A program made the translations under genes and the position numbers. Below the pieces are notes generated by a model. That model searched no databases and was not told the DNA's origin. It was given only the letters and a program-made list of their open reading frames with translations. Shown here piece after piece: positions 11,825 through 23,138 of a stretch of 64,000 nucleotides of DNA. Source of the stretch: Blastocladiella emersonii ATCC 22665. Taxonomy: Eukaryota; Fungi; Blastocladiomycota. The stretch spans positions 1,364,001-1,428,000 of the forward strand of contig JANHCV010000009.1 in NCBI GenBank assembly GCA_025594325.1, written 5' to 3'. Every line of letters begins with the position of its first letter. Positions within the stretch are counted from its first letter, which is position 1.

Positions 11825-13351
11825 CTACTCGATAGACCCGCGGATCGTCTCGAACTTGCGGAACGTGAACCCGACAAAGGCGAGGTCCTTGTACAGCCCG
11901 TCGGCGGCGCCGCCGGCAGTTGCTCCGCCGTCGGCGCCCAAATCGTCGGACGCGCCCGCGGCGCCGGCGCCGTCGACGCTGGTCGGGACGTGCGTGAGGT
12001 CCTCGGTCGGGAAGTAGGAGGTATCCGTAATCGACTTGAGCTCCGGGACATAGGGCGGGCGCGAGCTGCGGAGCCGATCCCAGTCGACGCTGCGGAGGAA
12101 CGGGTGGGCCTTGATCTCGTGGGCGCCGTTGCGGCCGAGGCGGTTGGGCGCGTCGCACAGGAGCCGCTTGATGAGGTCCTCGGCCTCCCACGACAGGTGC
12201 ACGTCGTCGGGGATCACGAGCCAGTTCTTCCACGCCATGACCTTGCGGTACGTCTCCTGCGGGGTGTCGGAGCAGAACGGCGGGTACCCGACGAGACACT
12301 CGAACATGATGGCGCCGAGCGACCACCAGTCGCACTCCTTGCCGTAGCCCGTGCCGATGAAGACCTCGGGCGCAATGTAGTCCGGGGTGCCGACCGTCGA
12401 GTAGGCGAGCGCGCGCCGGTTCTTGCGCCACGTCGACACCTGCTCGACGCGCGACCGCGGGTCGATGTTGATGCTGGCGTGTTTCCCGTCGGCGGAGGCC
12501 GCGGCCGAGGACCCCGAGTCGGCGAGCCGCTGGTAGTAGCTCGAGTCGTGGGTCGGGTGGAACCCCGTGGCGAGCCCGAAATCGGTGAGCTTGAGGTGGC
12601 CGTCCTTGTCCACCAAGAGGTTGTCGGGCTTGATGTCGCGGTGGATGAAGCCGAGGGCGTGGACCGACTCGATGGCGGCGACGCACTCGGCCATGTAGAA
12701 GCGCGTGGCGTCCTCGGTGAAGGTGTCGTACTTGATGAGCATGGACATGAGGTCGCCGCCGGGGAGGAACTCCATGATGAGGTAGAGGAAGACGGGGTCC
12801 TGGAACGAGAAGTAGAGCTGGACGACCCACGGCGAGTTCTGGTCGACGGACATGGCGAGCAGGTCGCGCTCGGCCTTGACGTGGGCGAGCTGGTCCTTTT
12901 TCACCATGTCCGACTTGCGCAGCGTCTTCATGGCGTAGATGCGCCCGTTGTCGCGCTTCTGCGTGAGCCGCACCTCGCCGAACGCGCCCTTGCCGATCAC
13001 CTTGATGGTCAAAAAGTCGTCGACGCCGAGCTTGACGCGGCGGAACCGCAAAAAGTCGGACTCCTTGCGGCCGAGCGCGGCCAGCTGCCGGTTCTTGCGC
13101 TCGTCGCTGCAGTTCTCGTCGCGCACGCGGCGCTCCAGGTCCTGCAGCCGGTGCTGCCGCTCGAGCGTCGCGTCCAGCAGGTTCTTGTAGAAGACCTCGA
13201 GCTTGTACTTTGCGGTCGCCGCGCGGTCCAGCGTCGCCGTCGAGAAGCCCTCGGTCGTCCGCTCGAACGGGAACTCGCCCGCGGCGGCGGCCGCGGCGCC
13301 GTTGCCGTTGGCCTCGCCGCCGCCGCTGTCGTGCGCGTCGTGGTCGGCCAT
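11825..13351 (-). CDS. CBK1: NDR/LATS-family AGC kinase (Cbk1/Orb6/COT-1)
   Basis: [19 protein letters not shown], activation loop [16 protein letters not shown]-terminal MOB-binding region and C-terminal hydrophobic motif FVGFTF. Intronless, 508 aa. Confidence 0.96.
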   Translation of the reverse strand: MADHDAHDSGGGEANGNGAAAAAAGEFPFERTTEGFSTATLDRAATAKYKLEVFYKNLLDATLERQHRLQDLERRVRDENCSDERKNRQLAALGRKESDFLRFRRVKLGVDDFLTIKVIGKGAFGEVRLTQKRDNGRIYAMKTLRKSDMVKKDQLAHVKAERDLLAMSVDQNSPWVVQLYFSFQDPVFLYLIMEFLPGGDLMSMLIKYDTFTEDATRFYMAECVAAIESVHALGFIHRDIKPDNLLVDKDGHLKLTDFGLATGFHPTHDSSYYQRLADSGSSAAASADGKHASINIDPRSRVEQVSTWRKNRRALAYSTVGTPDYIAPEVFIGTGYGKECDWWSLGAIMFECLVGYPPFCSDTPQETYRKVMAWKNWLVIPDDVHLSWEAEDLIKRLLCDAPNRLGRNGAHEIKAHPFLRSVDWDRLRSSRPPYVPELKSITDTSYFPTEDLTHVPTSVDGAGAAGASDDLGADGGATAGGAADGLYKDLAFVGFTFRKFETIRGSIE

Positions 13352-13709
13352 GCGCGACGGGCGTGGGTGTGTCTAATTTGGAGCTAGGCCGAAGGCGCGC
13401 ACGCGCGTGGCGTGGATGGACGCGATCGGGGATGAGGCCGCCCGCGATGGATGAGCTGCGTGGAGGGGGCGCCCGTGCAGGGGGCCAAGTTACATGGGCA
13501 GCGGAGCGCGTCGACTCGTTCAAAAGCGGGAGAGAGCGAGAGCAGAGAGAGGCGCGCGCGCGGCGAGACGCAGAGAGGAACGCGCCGATGCCACACGTGC
13601 ACGTGCGCGACACGGGCCGCCGTCCCTCCCTTTCGTTTCGTTTTCTCTCGGCCGCGACCAGCTCTCCCTCTCCCAACCACCCCCATCACGCACTCTAACA
13701 CGCAAGCAA

Positions 13710-15032
13710 ATGAACCCCGAGATTGCGCAGCGCGTGGCCCTGGTCGGCGTCGGCGCCGTGGTGGGCGGCGGCGCCGCGTGGTTCCTGAGCAAGCGCTCGA
13801 CGACCCCCGCGGGCGTCGTGTCGGTGCCCGCGGGCAAGCCGATCGACGGCCCGGTGCCGATGCCGCACACGCTGTCGACGCCGGCCGGCAAGTCGATCCT
13901 GTCGCCGCGGCACGCCGAGCTGCTCAAGTACGGGCTGCCGACCTCGACGCAGCTGCAGCTCAAGGAGAACTACGTGTCGCTGGTCGACTACCGGCTGCGC
14001 GAGCCCGTGTGGGTCATGGAGCACCTGACCAAGGACAACCTCAAGGGCGGCGCCGACCGCGCCAACCACGGCTTCGTGCAGGACCACGACGTGCCCAAGC
14101 CGTACCGCCAGACCAACGACGACTACCTCAAGTCGGGCTACTCGCGCGGCCACATGTCGCCGGCGAGCAACAACAAGGTCACGCCCGACGCCATGAAGGA
14201 GTCGTTCCTGCTCAACTCCAACATTGTCCCGCAGGACCTCGACAACAACATGTTCTACTGGAACCGCATGGAGCAGTGGGTCAAGCACCTCGCCACCAAG
14301 AAGGGGTTCGACGCCGTCCACGTCCTGTCTGGCCCGCTGTTCCTGCCCTCCAAGGTCTCGCCCAACGGCCTGGTCATCGAGGCTTCGTCCAACTCGACCG
14401 CCCTCACCGTCCCGAGCGACCCGACGCACCTGTACCCGCCGTCGAGCGCCATCACGGTCCCGCCGCCCTCGGACGTGTACACGCCGCCGCCCGCCGACCT
14501 CGCCGAGCCCAACAACTCGATGATCCCGGCCAAGCCGTTCCACTACGTGACCTACAAGACCATCGGCGACACCCACGTCGCCGTCCCGACCCACCTGTTC
14601 AAGGCGGTGCTGGCCGAGAAATCGCAGGGCCCGGGCAAGCCGCCCGCCGTCTTCTTCGCGTCCTTCATCGTCCCCAACACGCCCATCAACGAGCGGCTGC
14701 CGCTGCGCGCGTTCCAGGTCCCGCGCGAGACGCTCGAGAAGTACGCTGGGTTCCGCGTCTACGACCGCGCCTTCGACATGATGCCCGTCACGGACCTGTG
14801 CGCCGTCAACGACCCCGACATGGGCAAGTCGGCCGAGGGCAAGACCATGTGCCAGCTCGAGCACGCGTCCGCCTTCAACTTCTTCGTCGCCGAGCGCGAG
14901 ATCGCCAAGGCCGGGTCGCGCGCCGAGCTCGAGAAGGCCATGGCCAAGGCCAACCAGACCGCGACCAAGTTCAACGTGCCCGTGCCGTCCAACCTGCTCG
15001 CCGCGTACGAGAAGCAGGCGCGCAAGTTCTGA
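13710..15032 (+). CDS. EXOG: Mitochondrial beta-beta-alpha-Me nuclease of the EndoG/Nuc1/EXOG family, EXOG-like
   Basis: N-terminal hydrophobic anchor (VALVGVGAVVGGGAAWFL), YSRGHMSPASNNK, SNIVPQDLDNN..YWNR, VAVPTHLFK and a C-terminal helical extension. The family call is firm; the EXOG subtype comes from a remembered comparison with animal EXOG. Confidence 0.88.
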   Translation: MNPEIAQRVALVGVGAVVGGGAAWFLSKRSTTPAGVVSVPAGKPIDGPVPMPHTLSTPAGKSILSPRHAELLKYGLPTSTQLQLKENYVSLVDYRLREPVWVMEHLTKDNLKGGADRANHGFVQDHDVPKPYRQTNDDYLKSGYSRGHMSPASNNKVTPDAMKESFLLNSNIVPQDLDNNMFYWNRMEQWVKHLATKKGFDAVHVLSGPLFLPSKVSPNGLVIEASSNSTALTVPSDPTHLYPPSSAITVPPPSDVYTPPPADLAEPNNSMIPAKPFHYVTYKTIGDTHVAVPTHLFKAVLAEKSQGPGKPPAVFFASFIVPNTPINERLPLRAFQVPRETLEKYAGFRVYDRAFDMMPVTDLCAVNDPDMGKSAEGKTMCQLEHASAFNFFVAEREIAKAGSRAELEKAMAKANQTATKFNVPVPSNLLAAYEKQARKF

Positions 15033-15105
15033 GTGCGATTTTTGCGATTAATACACAACAGGAATTTAGTATATATAGATAGTATAAACACAGGAAGGAA
15101 AGCGA

Positions 15106-16109
15106 CTACTCATCGTCGCTCGCATTCGCCTCGTCCTCGCGGATCCGCTTGCGGTCCTGCTCGACGCGCTTGGCGTCGTCTGCTGGGTCGTAGTCGCGCT
15201 TGAGGCCCTTCATCTTGCGGGTCTGGATCTGGGTCACGTCCTGCTTGTGCATGTGGATGGTGCCGACCTTGTCGCCAAAGGCGTTGGTGGCCACGTTCTT
15301 GACCTTCTTGGGCTTGAGCTCCTTGGGCACGCGCAGCGCGTGCTTCCACAGCTCGGGCACCGGGTCGCGCACGCGGCGCGGGACCAGGTCCATGCGCGGA
15401 CCCATCTCGACCAGCTCGATGCGCGGCAGCTTCTGGCCCGACTTCTTGAGGTGCGTCGTGTACACGCGCAGGTGGATCTTGCCCGCGAGGTGGGTCAGGG
15501 CGATGCAGTACTCGAGCCCCGCCAGGTTCACCTTGCTCACGGGCTCGCCGCGGAAAAAGTCGACAAACAGGTTCTGCATGTTGCGCAGCTCGTCCGACGA
15601 CTCCCAGTCGCCCTGGAACAGCATGCACGGCTTCATGCCGATGCCGCACTTGGGGGTGTCAATGTCGTGCAGCGAGACAAACGCCTCGATGCCGAACTCG
15701 TACATGTCGAGCACCTGGTGGTCGAACATGCGCACAAACGTCAGGTCGTGCGGGCGCTTCTTGTTGTGGGTGCCGACGACCATGAGCGCCGCGTCGTTCT
15801 TCTGCGAGAAGAACTCGAGCCGCTGCGTGTCCTCGAACGGGTGCACGTCGTTCTTCTTGGTGAAGTTGACCGCGTGCGGCTTCTTGAGCGAGTACAGGTC
15901 CGCCAGCGCCGACTGCACCACCTGCGACGTGGTCGTCCCGCGGATCGTGATCACCGTCTTGGCGTTCTCGACCACCTTGGGCGCGCGGTTGTCGAGGAAC
16001 CGCTTGGTGCGCGCGTTTTTGGCCTTACTAGCGTCATCGGGGCGGCGTCAATCTCGGGTCGATTCATGGGTGGTCGCGGCAGATCCATTGCATACACTGT
16101 GCGGAGCAT
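15106..16109 (-). CDS. RPF2: Ribosome biogenesis factor Rpf2 (Brix domain)
   Basis: Exon 1 at 16109-16096 and intron 16095-16028 give MLRTVKAKNARTKRFL. Also KKNDVHPFED, RIELVEMGPRMDL and KIHMHKQD-like motifs. Confidence 0.94.
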
Positions 16110-16482
16110 TTTCGCGTGTTCGTTTCTGGTCCTCTCCTCCGTGGGATCCACGCGGGTAACTCGACGCGCGCGTGCCGGGGCGCGTGCGGCGCGCGAGGCA
16201 GCGACGCGCGGCGGCCGAAAGTGCGATTTGAGATCAGGTGAGCGCACCTGACCGGTCGCTACGCGGCGCACCAGCCCGTGACTCACGCGCCATCGCGATG
16301 AAACTCGCGCGGCGGGCTGAACGGGGCTGGACGGCTGCACCCGGGATCGCCCGAGGCCCCAAAACCTAAGAACAGCCGCGTTTGATTGGTGCCCGGCGCA
16401 CCGGGGCTTGCGTGCCCAGATCATCGCGTTCGGCTGCTAAAAAAGCGGTCCGTCGCGTTCCTTCGCACACACACAAGCAGCC

Positions 16483-18240
16483 ATGTTCGCCGTCGTTCGA
16501 GCGCTCTGCTACAAAAGCCGGCCGCTCCCCCGCACCCTGCCCCGGCTCCTCTTGTCGTCGACACCCTTGACTGTCCCGCGAACGTACTCAACCGTCACCA
16601 TGGCCAACCCGCAGCTCGGTCACTTCAGCATCCCCAACATCGAGAACGAGCCCCTCAAGGCGTACGCGCCCGGGTCGGCCGAGCGCAAGGCGCTGCAGGC
16701 GGCGCTCGACGAGATGCAGGCGGGCGCGCCGTACCACGTCCCGATCGTGATCAACGGCAAGCAGATCAAGACGGGCAAGGTCGCCGAGCAGTACAACCCG
16801 TCGACCAAGCAGGTGCTGTGCACGTACGAGGAGGCGGACGTGCAGCTCCTCGGCCAGGCGATCGAGGGCGCGCTCGCGGCGCGCGCCAAGTGGGAGGCGA
16901 TGCCGTTCGCGGACCGCGCGGCCGTCTTCCTCAAGGCGGCCGACCTGCTCGCCGTCAAGTACCGGTACAAGCTCATGGCGGCGACGATGCTCGGCCAGGG
17001 CAAGAACGTGTGGCAGGCCGAGATCGACGCGGCGTGCGAGCTCATCGACTTCTGGCGGTTCAACGCCCAGTACGCGCAGGAGATCTACCGCACCCAGCCG
17101 CCCAAGAACGCGCCGGGCATCTGGAACCGCGTCGAGTACCGCGCCCTCGAGGGCTTCGTCCTCGCCGTGTCGCCCTTCAACTTCACGGCCATTGGCGGCA
17201 ACCTCGGGTCGGCGCCCGCCCTCATGGGCAACGTCGTCGTGTGGAAGCCCGCGCCCGCGGCCATCCTGTCCAACTACATTGTGCTCGAGATCCTGCACGA
17301 GGCCGGGCTCCCCGCCGGCGTGATGCAGTTTGTGCCCGGAGACGCGCCCGCGATCGTCGGTGCGTCGCTGCAGCACCCCGAGTTTGCCGGCCTGCACTTC
17401 ACGGGGTCGACGGCCGTGTTCAAGAAGCTGTGGCGCGACATTGGCAACAACATTGACCTGTACAAGAACTACCCGCGCATTGTCGGCGAGACGGGCGGCA
17501 AGAACATGCACATGGTGCACCCGTCGGCCAACGCGCAGCAGGTGGTCCTCCAGTCGGTCCGCTCGGCGTTCGAGTACCAGGGCCAGAAGTGCTCGGCGTG
17601 CTCGCGCGCGTACGTGCCCGAGTCGCTGTGGCCCGAGATCAAGGCCGGCCTCGTGCGCGAGGTGTCCAAGATCAAGGTCGGCCCCGTGACCGACTTTGCC
17701 AACTTTGTGACCCCCGTCATCAACCAGTTCGCCTTCGACAAGATCAAGTCGTACATCGAGTTCGCCAAGGCCGCCAAGGACGCCGAGATCCTGGTCGGCG
17801 GCACCTACGACGACTCCAAGGGCTACTTCATCCACCCGACGGTGATCGTGACGACCAACCCGCACTTCAAGACGCTCGAGGAGGAGATCTTCGGCCCCGT
17901 CCTGACCGTGTACGTGTACCCGACGGACCAGTTTGTCGAGACGGTGGCGCTCGCCGACAAGACGTCGCCGTACGCGCTCACGTGCGCGCTGTTCGCGCAG
18001 GACCGCGACGCGATCGTGCTCGGCACCAACCTGCTCCGCAACACGTCGGGCAACTTCTACGTCAACGACAAGTCGACGGGCGCGGTCGTCGGCCAGCAGC
18101 CGTTCGGCGGGTCGCGCGCCTCGGGCACCAACGACAAGGCCGGCGCCGCCGCGAACCTGTTCCGCTGGGTCTCGGCTCGTTCCATCAAGGAGAACTTCCT
18201 CCCCATCGAGGACTTTATCTACCCCTCGAACCTCGCCTAA
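16483..18240 (+). CDS. PUT2: Delta-1-pyrroline-5-carboxylate dehydrogenase (ALDH4)
   Basis: SPFNFTAIGGNL, FTGS, GETGGKN, FEYQGQKCSACS, EEIFGPV and GTNDKAG. Mitochondrial presequence, intronless. Confidence 0.97.
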   Translation: MFAVVRALCYKSRPLPRTLPRLLLSSTPLTVPRTYSTVTMANPQLGHFSIPNIENEPLKAYAPGSAERKALQAALDEMQAGAPYHVPIVINGKQIKTGKVAEQYNPSTKQVLCTYEEADVQLLGQAIEGALAARAKWEAMPFADRAAVFLKAADLLAVKYRYKLMAATMLGQGKNVWQAEIDAACELIDFWRFNAQYAQEIYRTQPPKNAPGIWNRVEYRALEGFVLAVSPFNFTAIGGNLGSAPALMGNVVVWKPAPAAILSNYIVLEILHEAGLPAGVMQFVPGDAPAIVGASLQHPEFAGLHFTGSTAVFKKLWRDIGNNIDLYKNYPRIVGETGGKNMHMVHPSANAQQVVLQSVRSAFEYQGQKCSACSRAYVPESLWPEIKAGLVREVSKIKVGPVTDFANFVTPVINQFAFDKIKSYIEFAKAAKDAEILVGGTYDDSKGYFIHPTVIVTTNPHFKTLEEEIFGPVLTVYVYPTDQFVETVALADKTSPYALTCALFAQDRDAIVLGTNLLRNTSGNFYVNDKSTGAVVGQQPFGGSRASGTNDKAGAAANLFRWVSARSIKENFLPIEDFIYPSNLA

Positions 18241-18624
18241 GCGTCGTTGTCCGTGTTGTGTGATTGTTTGGTTGTGAAATAGCATCTCTGTCTTCTGTGT
18301 CTCTCTCCTCTGTCTCTCGACTCGTGTCTCTCAGAGTGATGGTCGGCGGTAAGCAAGGGTGGCGGAGCTCTCGCGACGACGACGCGTCCGCGTTTTTCAA
18401 GCGCGGCTCAAGCGGTGAAAGGCGTGGCAGGCGGCGATGGCATCAGAGCGGCGCGCGGCAGCTCACGCGACCCGACGCGCCGTTCGGAATCGGCGGGAAC
18501 GCGCGAAATTCAACGCTCGGCAGCGCCGATCCCTCGTATAAGAGCAGCCGGTCCGCCCGGTCAACCCGCCCTCGCTCTCGCCTCAACGCGAACTGGTATT
18601 TAGCTCGTTCACCCCCTTCAAACC

Positions 18625-21600
18625 ATGACCAACGACCAGCTGCGCTTCGACAACCGCGTCGTCATCGTGACGGGCGCCGGCGGCGGTTCGTAGCCTCGCC
18701 GTTGCGGGAACCGATGGATCAGCGCACTAACGAGAACGACGGCGTGTGTGTAGGCATCGGGCGCGTGTACGCCCACTTCTTCGCCAAGCGCGGCGCGAGC
18801 GTGGTGGTCAACGACCTGGGCGGGTCGACGACGGGCGCGGGCGCCGACACGCGCGCGGCCGACGTGGTCGTCGAGGAGATCCGCGCGGCGGGCGGCAAGG
18901 CGGTCGCCAACTACAACTCGGTCGAGGACGGCGAGGCGATCGTGGAGACGGCCATGAAGGCGTTCGGGCGCGTCGACGTGGTGCTCAACAACGCGGGCAT
19001 TCTGCGCGACAAGGGGTTCGCGCGCATGACGGACGACGACTGGGACCTGGTCCACCGCGTGCACGTGCGCGGGTCGTACAAGGTGGCCAAGGCGGCGTGG
19101 CCCATCATGCAGAAACAGAAGTACGGCCGCATCCTCAACACGGCGTCGGCCGCGGGCATCTACGGCAACTTTGGCCAGGCCAACTACTCGGCCGCCAAGC
19201 TCGCGCTCCACGGCTTCTCCATGTCGCTCGCGCGCGAGGGCGCAAAGTACAACATCCTCGCCAACACGATCGCACCCATTGCCGCGTCGCGCATGACGGC
19301 GACCGTGATGCCGCCCGAGGTCCTCGAGGCCCTCAAGCCCGATTTCGTCGCGCCGCTCGTCGGCGCCCTCGTGCACGAGTCGACGACCGAGACCGGTGGG
19401 CTGTTCGAGGTGGGCGCCGGGTTCGTCGCCAAGCTGCGCCGCGAGCGCGCCCACGGCGCCGTGTTCAAGGCCGACGCGTCCTTCACGCCGACGGCGGTCG
19501 CCGCGCGGTTCCACGAGATTGTCGATTTCGCCAAGGACCCGACGTACCCGTCGTCGATTGCCGAGACCGACTGGCTCGGCCTGCTCGAGCGCGCCAAGTC
19601 GATTGACACCAACCCGAACCTGGGCAACCCGCTGCGCTTCGACGGCAAGACGGTGCTCGTGACGGGCGCCGGCAACGGCATCGGCCGCGCGTACGCGCTC
19701 CTGTTCGGCAAGCTCGGCGCCAATGTCGTCGTCAACGACCTCGGGACCGCGCCGTCGGGCCAGAAAGCGGCCGATGTCGTGGTCGAGGAGATCCGCAAGG
19801 CCGGCGGCAAGGCGGTGGCCAACTACGACTCGGTCGAGGACGGCGACAAGCTGGTCGAGACGGCGCTCAAGGCGTTCGGGTCGATCCACGTCATTGTCAA
19901 CAACGCCGGGATCCTGCGCGACAAGTCGTTTGCCCGCGTCACGGACGCGGACTGGGACCTGATCCACCGCATCCACCTGCGCGCCTCGTACAAGGTAATC
20001 AAGGCGGCGTGGCCCCACATGCTCAAGCAGAAGTACGGCCGCATCATCAACACGTCGTCGGCCGTCGGCCTGTACGGCAACTTTGGCCAGACCAACTACT
20101 CGGCGGCCAAGGCCGGCATCATCGGCCTGTCCAACACGCTCGCCATCGAGGGCAAGAAGCACAACATTGTCGTCAACACGATCGCGCCCAACGCCGGCAC
20201 CGCCATGACGGCCACGGTCATGCCGCCCGATATGGTCGAGGCCCTCAAGCCCGAGTACGTGGCGCCCCTCGTCGGCTACCTCGCGCACGAGGCCAACACG
20301 CACACGGGCGGCATCTACGAGTGCGGCTCCGGGTGGGCCGCCGCCGTCCGCTGGCAGCGCACCGGCGGCGTCGGGTTCCCGCACAACAAGGAGCTCACGC
20401 CCGAGGCCATCCTCGCCAAGTGGGACCAGATCTGCGATTTCGACGACGGCCGCGCCGCGTACCCGGTGTCGACGCAGGACTCGTTCCAGACCATCTACGG
20501 CAACATCACCAACACCAACGAGGCCGACGCCAAGGCCGCCAAGGCCGCCAAGTCGTCGGCGGGCGGCAAGAAGGCGGCGGCGGCGGTCGACGTGGAGGCG
20601 GCGCAGAAGATGACGTTCCCGGCCATCACGCACGAGTACACGGAGCGCGACGTGATCCTGTACGCGCTCGGCGTCGGCGCGACGCGCGACGACCTGTCGT
20701 GGGTGTACGAGAACAGCGAGTCGTTCCACGCGCTGCCGACGTACGGCATCATCACGGGCTTCGACGCCATGAACGCGGTCCCCTTCAACGATTTCCTGCC
20801 CGAGTTCAACCCGATGATGCTCCTGCACGGCGAGCAGTACCTCGAGGTCAAGAAGCCGATCCCGGCGGCCGGCAAGCTGCAGGCGCGCGCCAAGATCGTC
20901 GACATTGTCGACAAGGGCAAGGGCGCCGTGGTCACGATCGGCATCACGACGTCGGACGCGAGCTCGGGCGACGAGCTGTGCTACAACGAGTCGACGCTGT
21001 TCATCCGCGGGATCGGCGGGTGGGGCGGCCGCAAGACATCGGCCGAGCGCGGCGCCGCGACGGCCGCCAACGAGCCGCCCGCGCGCACGCCCGACGCGGT
21101 CGTCGAGGAGAAGACGGTCGAGTCGCAGGCGGCGCTGTACCGGCTGTCGGGCGACCTCAACCCGCTGCACATTGACCCGGCGATGTCGGCCATGGGCGGG
21201 TTCAAGGTGCCGATCCTCCACGGGCTGTGCACGCTCGGGATCGCGGGCAAGCAGGTGATTGCCAAGTTTGCCGGCAAGGGCCCCGAGGCGGCCTCGGCGT
21301 TCAAGTCGATCAAGGGCCGCATGGCCGCGTCCGTGTTCCCCGGCGAGACGCTGCGCACCGAGATGTGGCGCGACGGGAACAAGGTCACGTTCCGCGTGTC
21401 GGTCGTCGAGCGCAACGTGGTGGTGCTGTCGAACGCGGCCGTCGAGTTCCACTCGATTGCCGGCGGCGCGGCTGCTGCTGCGCCCAAGGCTGCTCCCAAG
21501 GCGGCGGCGGGCGGCAGCGTGGCGGTCGACGGGTTCAAGGCGTCGGCGGTCTTCTCGCAGCTCGCGGCGTCGCTCGCGTCGCAGTCGGAGGCGGCGCGCA

Positions 21601-21908
21601 AGCAGCAGGTGGGCGAGGTCAAGGCCGTGTTCCAGTTCGATGTCAAGTCCGCGGACGGGAGCAAGGTGCAGTCGTGGACGCTGGACCTCAAGAAGGACGG
21701 CAAGGTCGTCGTCGGCGATGCCGCGGCGGCGGGCGCCAAGGCGGACGCGACGATCGCGGTCGGCGACAACGACCTGGTCGAGCTCGCGCTCGGCAAGACG
21801 ACGGGCCAGAAGGCGTTCATGCAGGGCAAGATCAAGGTCAAGGGCCAGATGATGCTCGCGACCAAGCTCGACGGCATCTTCAAGGACGCGGCCAAGCCCA
21901 AGCTGTAA
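18625..21908 (+). CDS. FOX2: Peroxisomal multifunctional beta-oxidation enzyme type 2: two SDR dehydrogenase domains, hydratase 2 and SCP2
   Basis: Intron 18686-18753 restores TGAGGGIGR. Two SDR domains (NNAGILRD, YSAAK), hydratase motifs YALGVGA and YRLSGDLNPLHID, SCP2-like C-terminus (KAFMQGKIKVKGQMMLA) and a PTS1-like PKL end. Confidence 0.96.
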
Positions 21909-22240
21909 GCTGTAAGTAAGGTGGAATGTGGTTGATACACGCGAGTTGGTTTAGTCTCTCACATGCTTGGGTTGATTGAGGGTGGCGAACGAGTCGCGTC
22001 ACGGCGCGGCAGTGTGGCGTAGCGCGCGGTCAGGTGGGAGTCGTGCCGCGTCGCGCGCGCGAGCAAGCCTCGGGATGCATGGTCGAGTCACGCAGGCCGG
22101 CCGACCCGACTCACTTTCCCTCGCCGGCGCCGTGTGACGGTGCTCTCCTCTCCCACGCCCGCTTAAGCTCTCGTCGCCCCCGCATCGGCTGTGCTTCACG
22201 ACACCCGTCTCACACCCATCGCAACGCAATCGCCACCACC

Positions 22241-22754
22241 ATGTCGCAGCCCATGGACATCCCCGTCGTCTCGGCCGCCGCCACCACCACCTCGCCGTCG
22301 TCGCCGTCGACGAGCAGCGCCGGCAGCAGCGTCGACTCGGCCGCGAGCGTCGGGATCACCACGCCGGCATCGCGCCGCCGCCGCAGCGAGTGCGCCAAGT
22401 GCCGCAAGGAGGCCGCCGCGGCTGCCGCCAAGTCCGCGACCTCGCCGCCATCGTCGCTGCCCGCGTGCGAGCCGTACGACCCGGCGCGCCACCGCAGCGG
22501 GTTCCACGGGTACTCGGGCGCGCCGATGCGCGTCGTCAAGGTCGACACGGCCGGCGGGTTTATCTGGGTACGGTTTCTCGGGGGATGGATGGTGAGGGAT
22601 GGGGCTGACGGTTGAGCGGAACCGGTAGAACGAGGACGCCATCTACGCGCTGCAGGGCCGGCCGACGTCGTCGTACGACGCACGCGCCGCGCAGCTCGCC
22701 TTCCTCGAGCGCGCCGAGCCCAAGGTGTTTGATGCCTCGGCCATGTTCGAGTAG
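22241..22754 (+). CDS. Small hypothetical protein (Ser-rich N-terminus)
   Basis: ATG in a ccaccaccATG context. Intron 22568-22628 (GTACGG..GCTGAC..TAG) joins to give VVKVDTAGGFIW|NEDAIYALQ...MFE*. GC3-rich codons. Confidence 0.55.
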
Positions 22755-23138
22755 GCCGGTCGCTGTCGAGTTGTGAGTTGATTGAATACCCCACCGTGAC
22801 CATGGCCATCGACCCCCCTCCCCTCCCCTCCCCCATCTTCGCTATCTGCTACTGCTGGTCGGTCAGGCGGATGGACAGCCCTCCCCTCCCCCTCCTCTCC
22901 CTGTAAGTTTCGCATCGTTTAAATCGTTCACTACATGATCAGTTTCCCCATCCAACGCCTCGTCTCACGTGTTTGCGCAACGCGTCTCGCACCGGTCGGT
23001 CGCTCGCTCGCTTCGTTCGCTCAGCCACGCGTTTGTCCATCGCTCGCTCGTGCATGCATCCCCGCGCTTATTTAAGACGGTCGTCACCCCCCGCACCTCG
23101 CGCACTCCGTAAGCAACGCAACGCATTGAGAAGAAACC

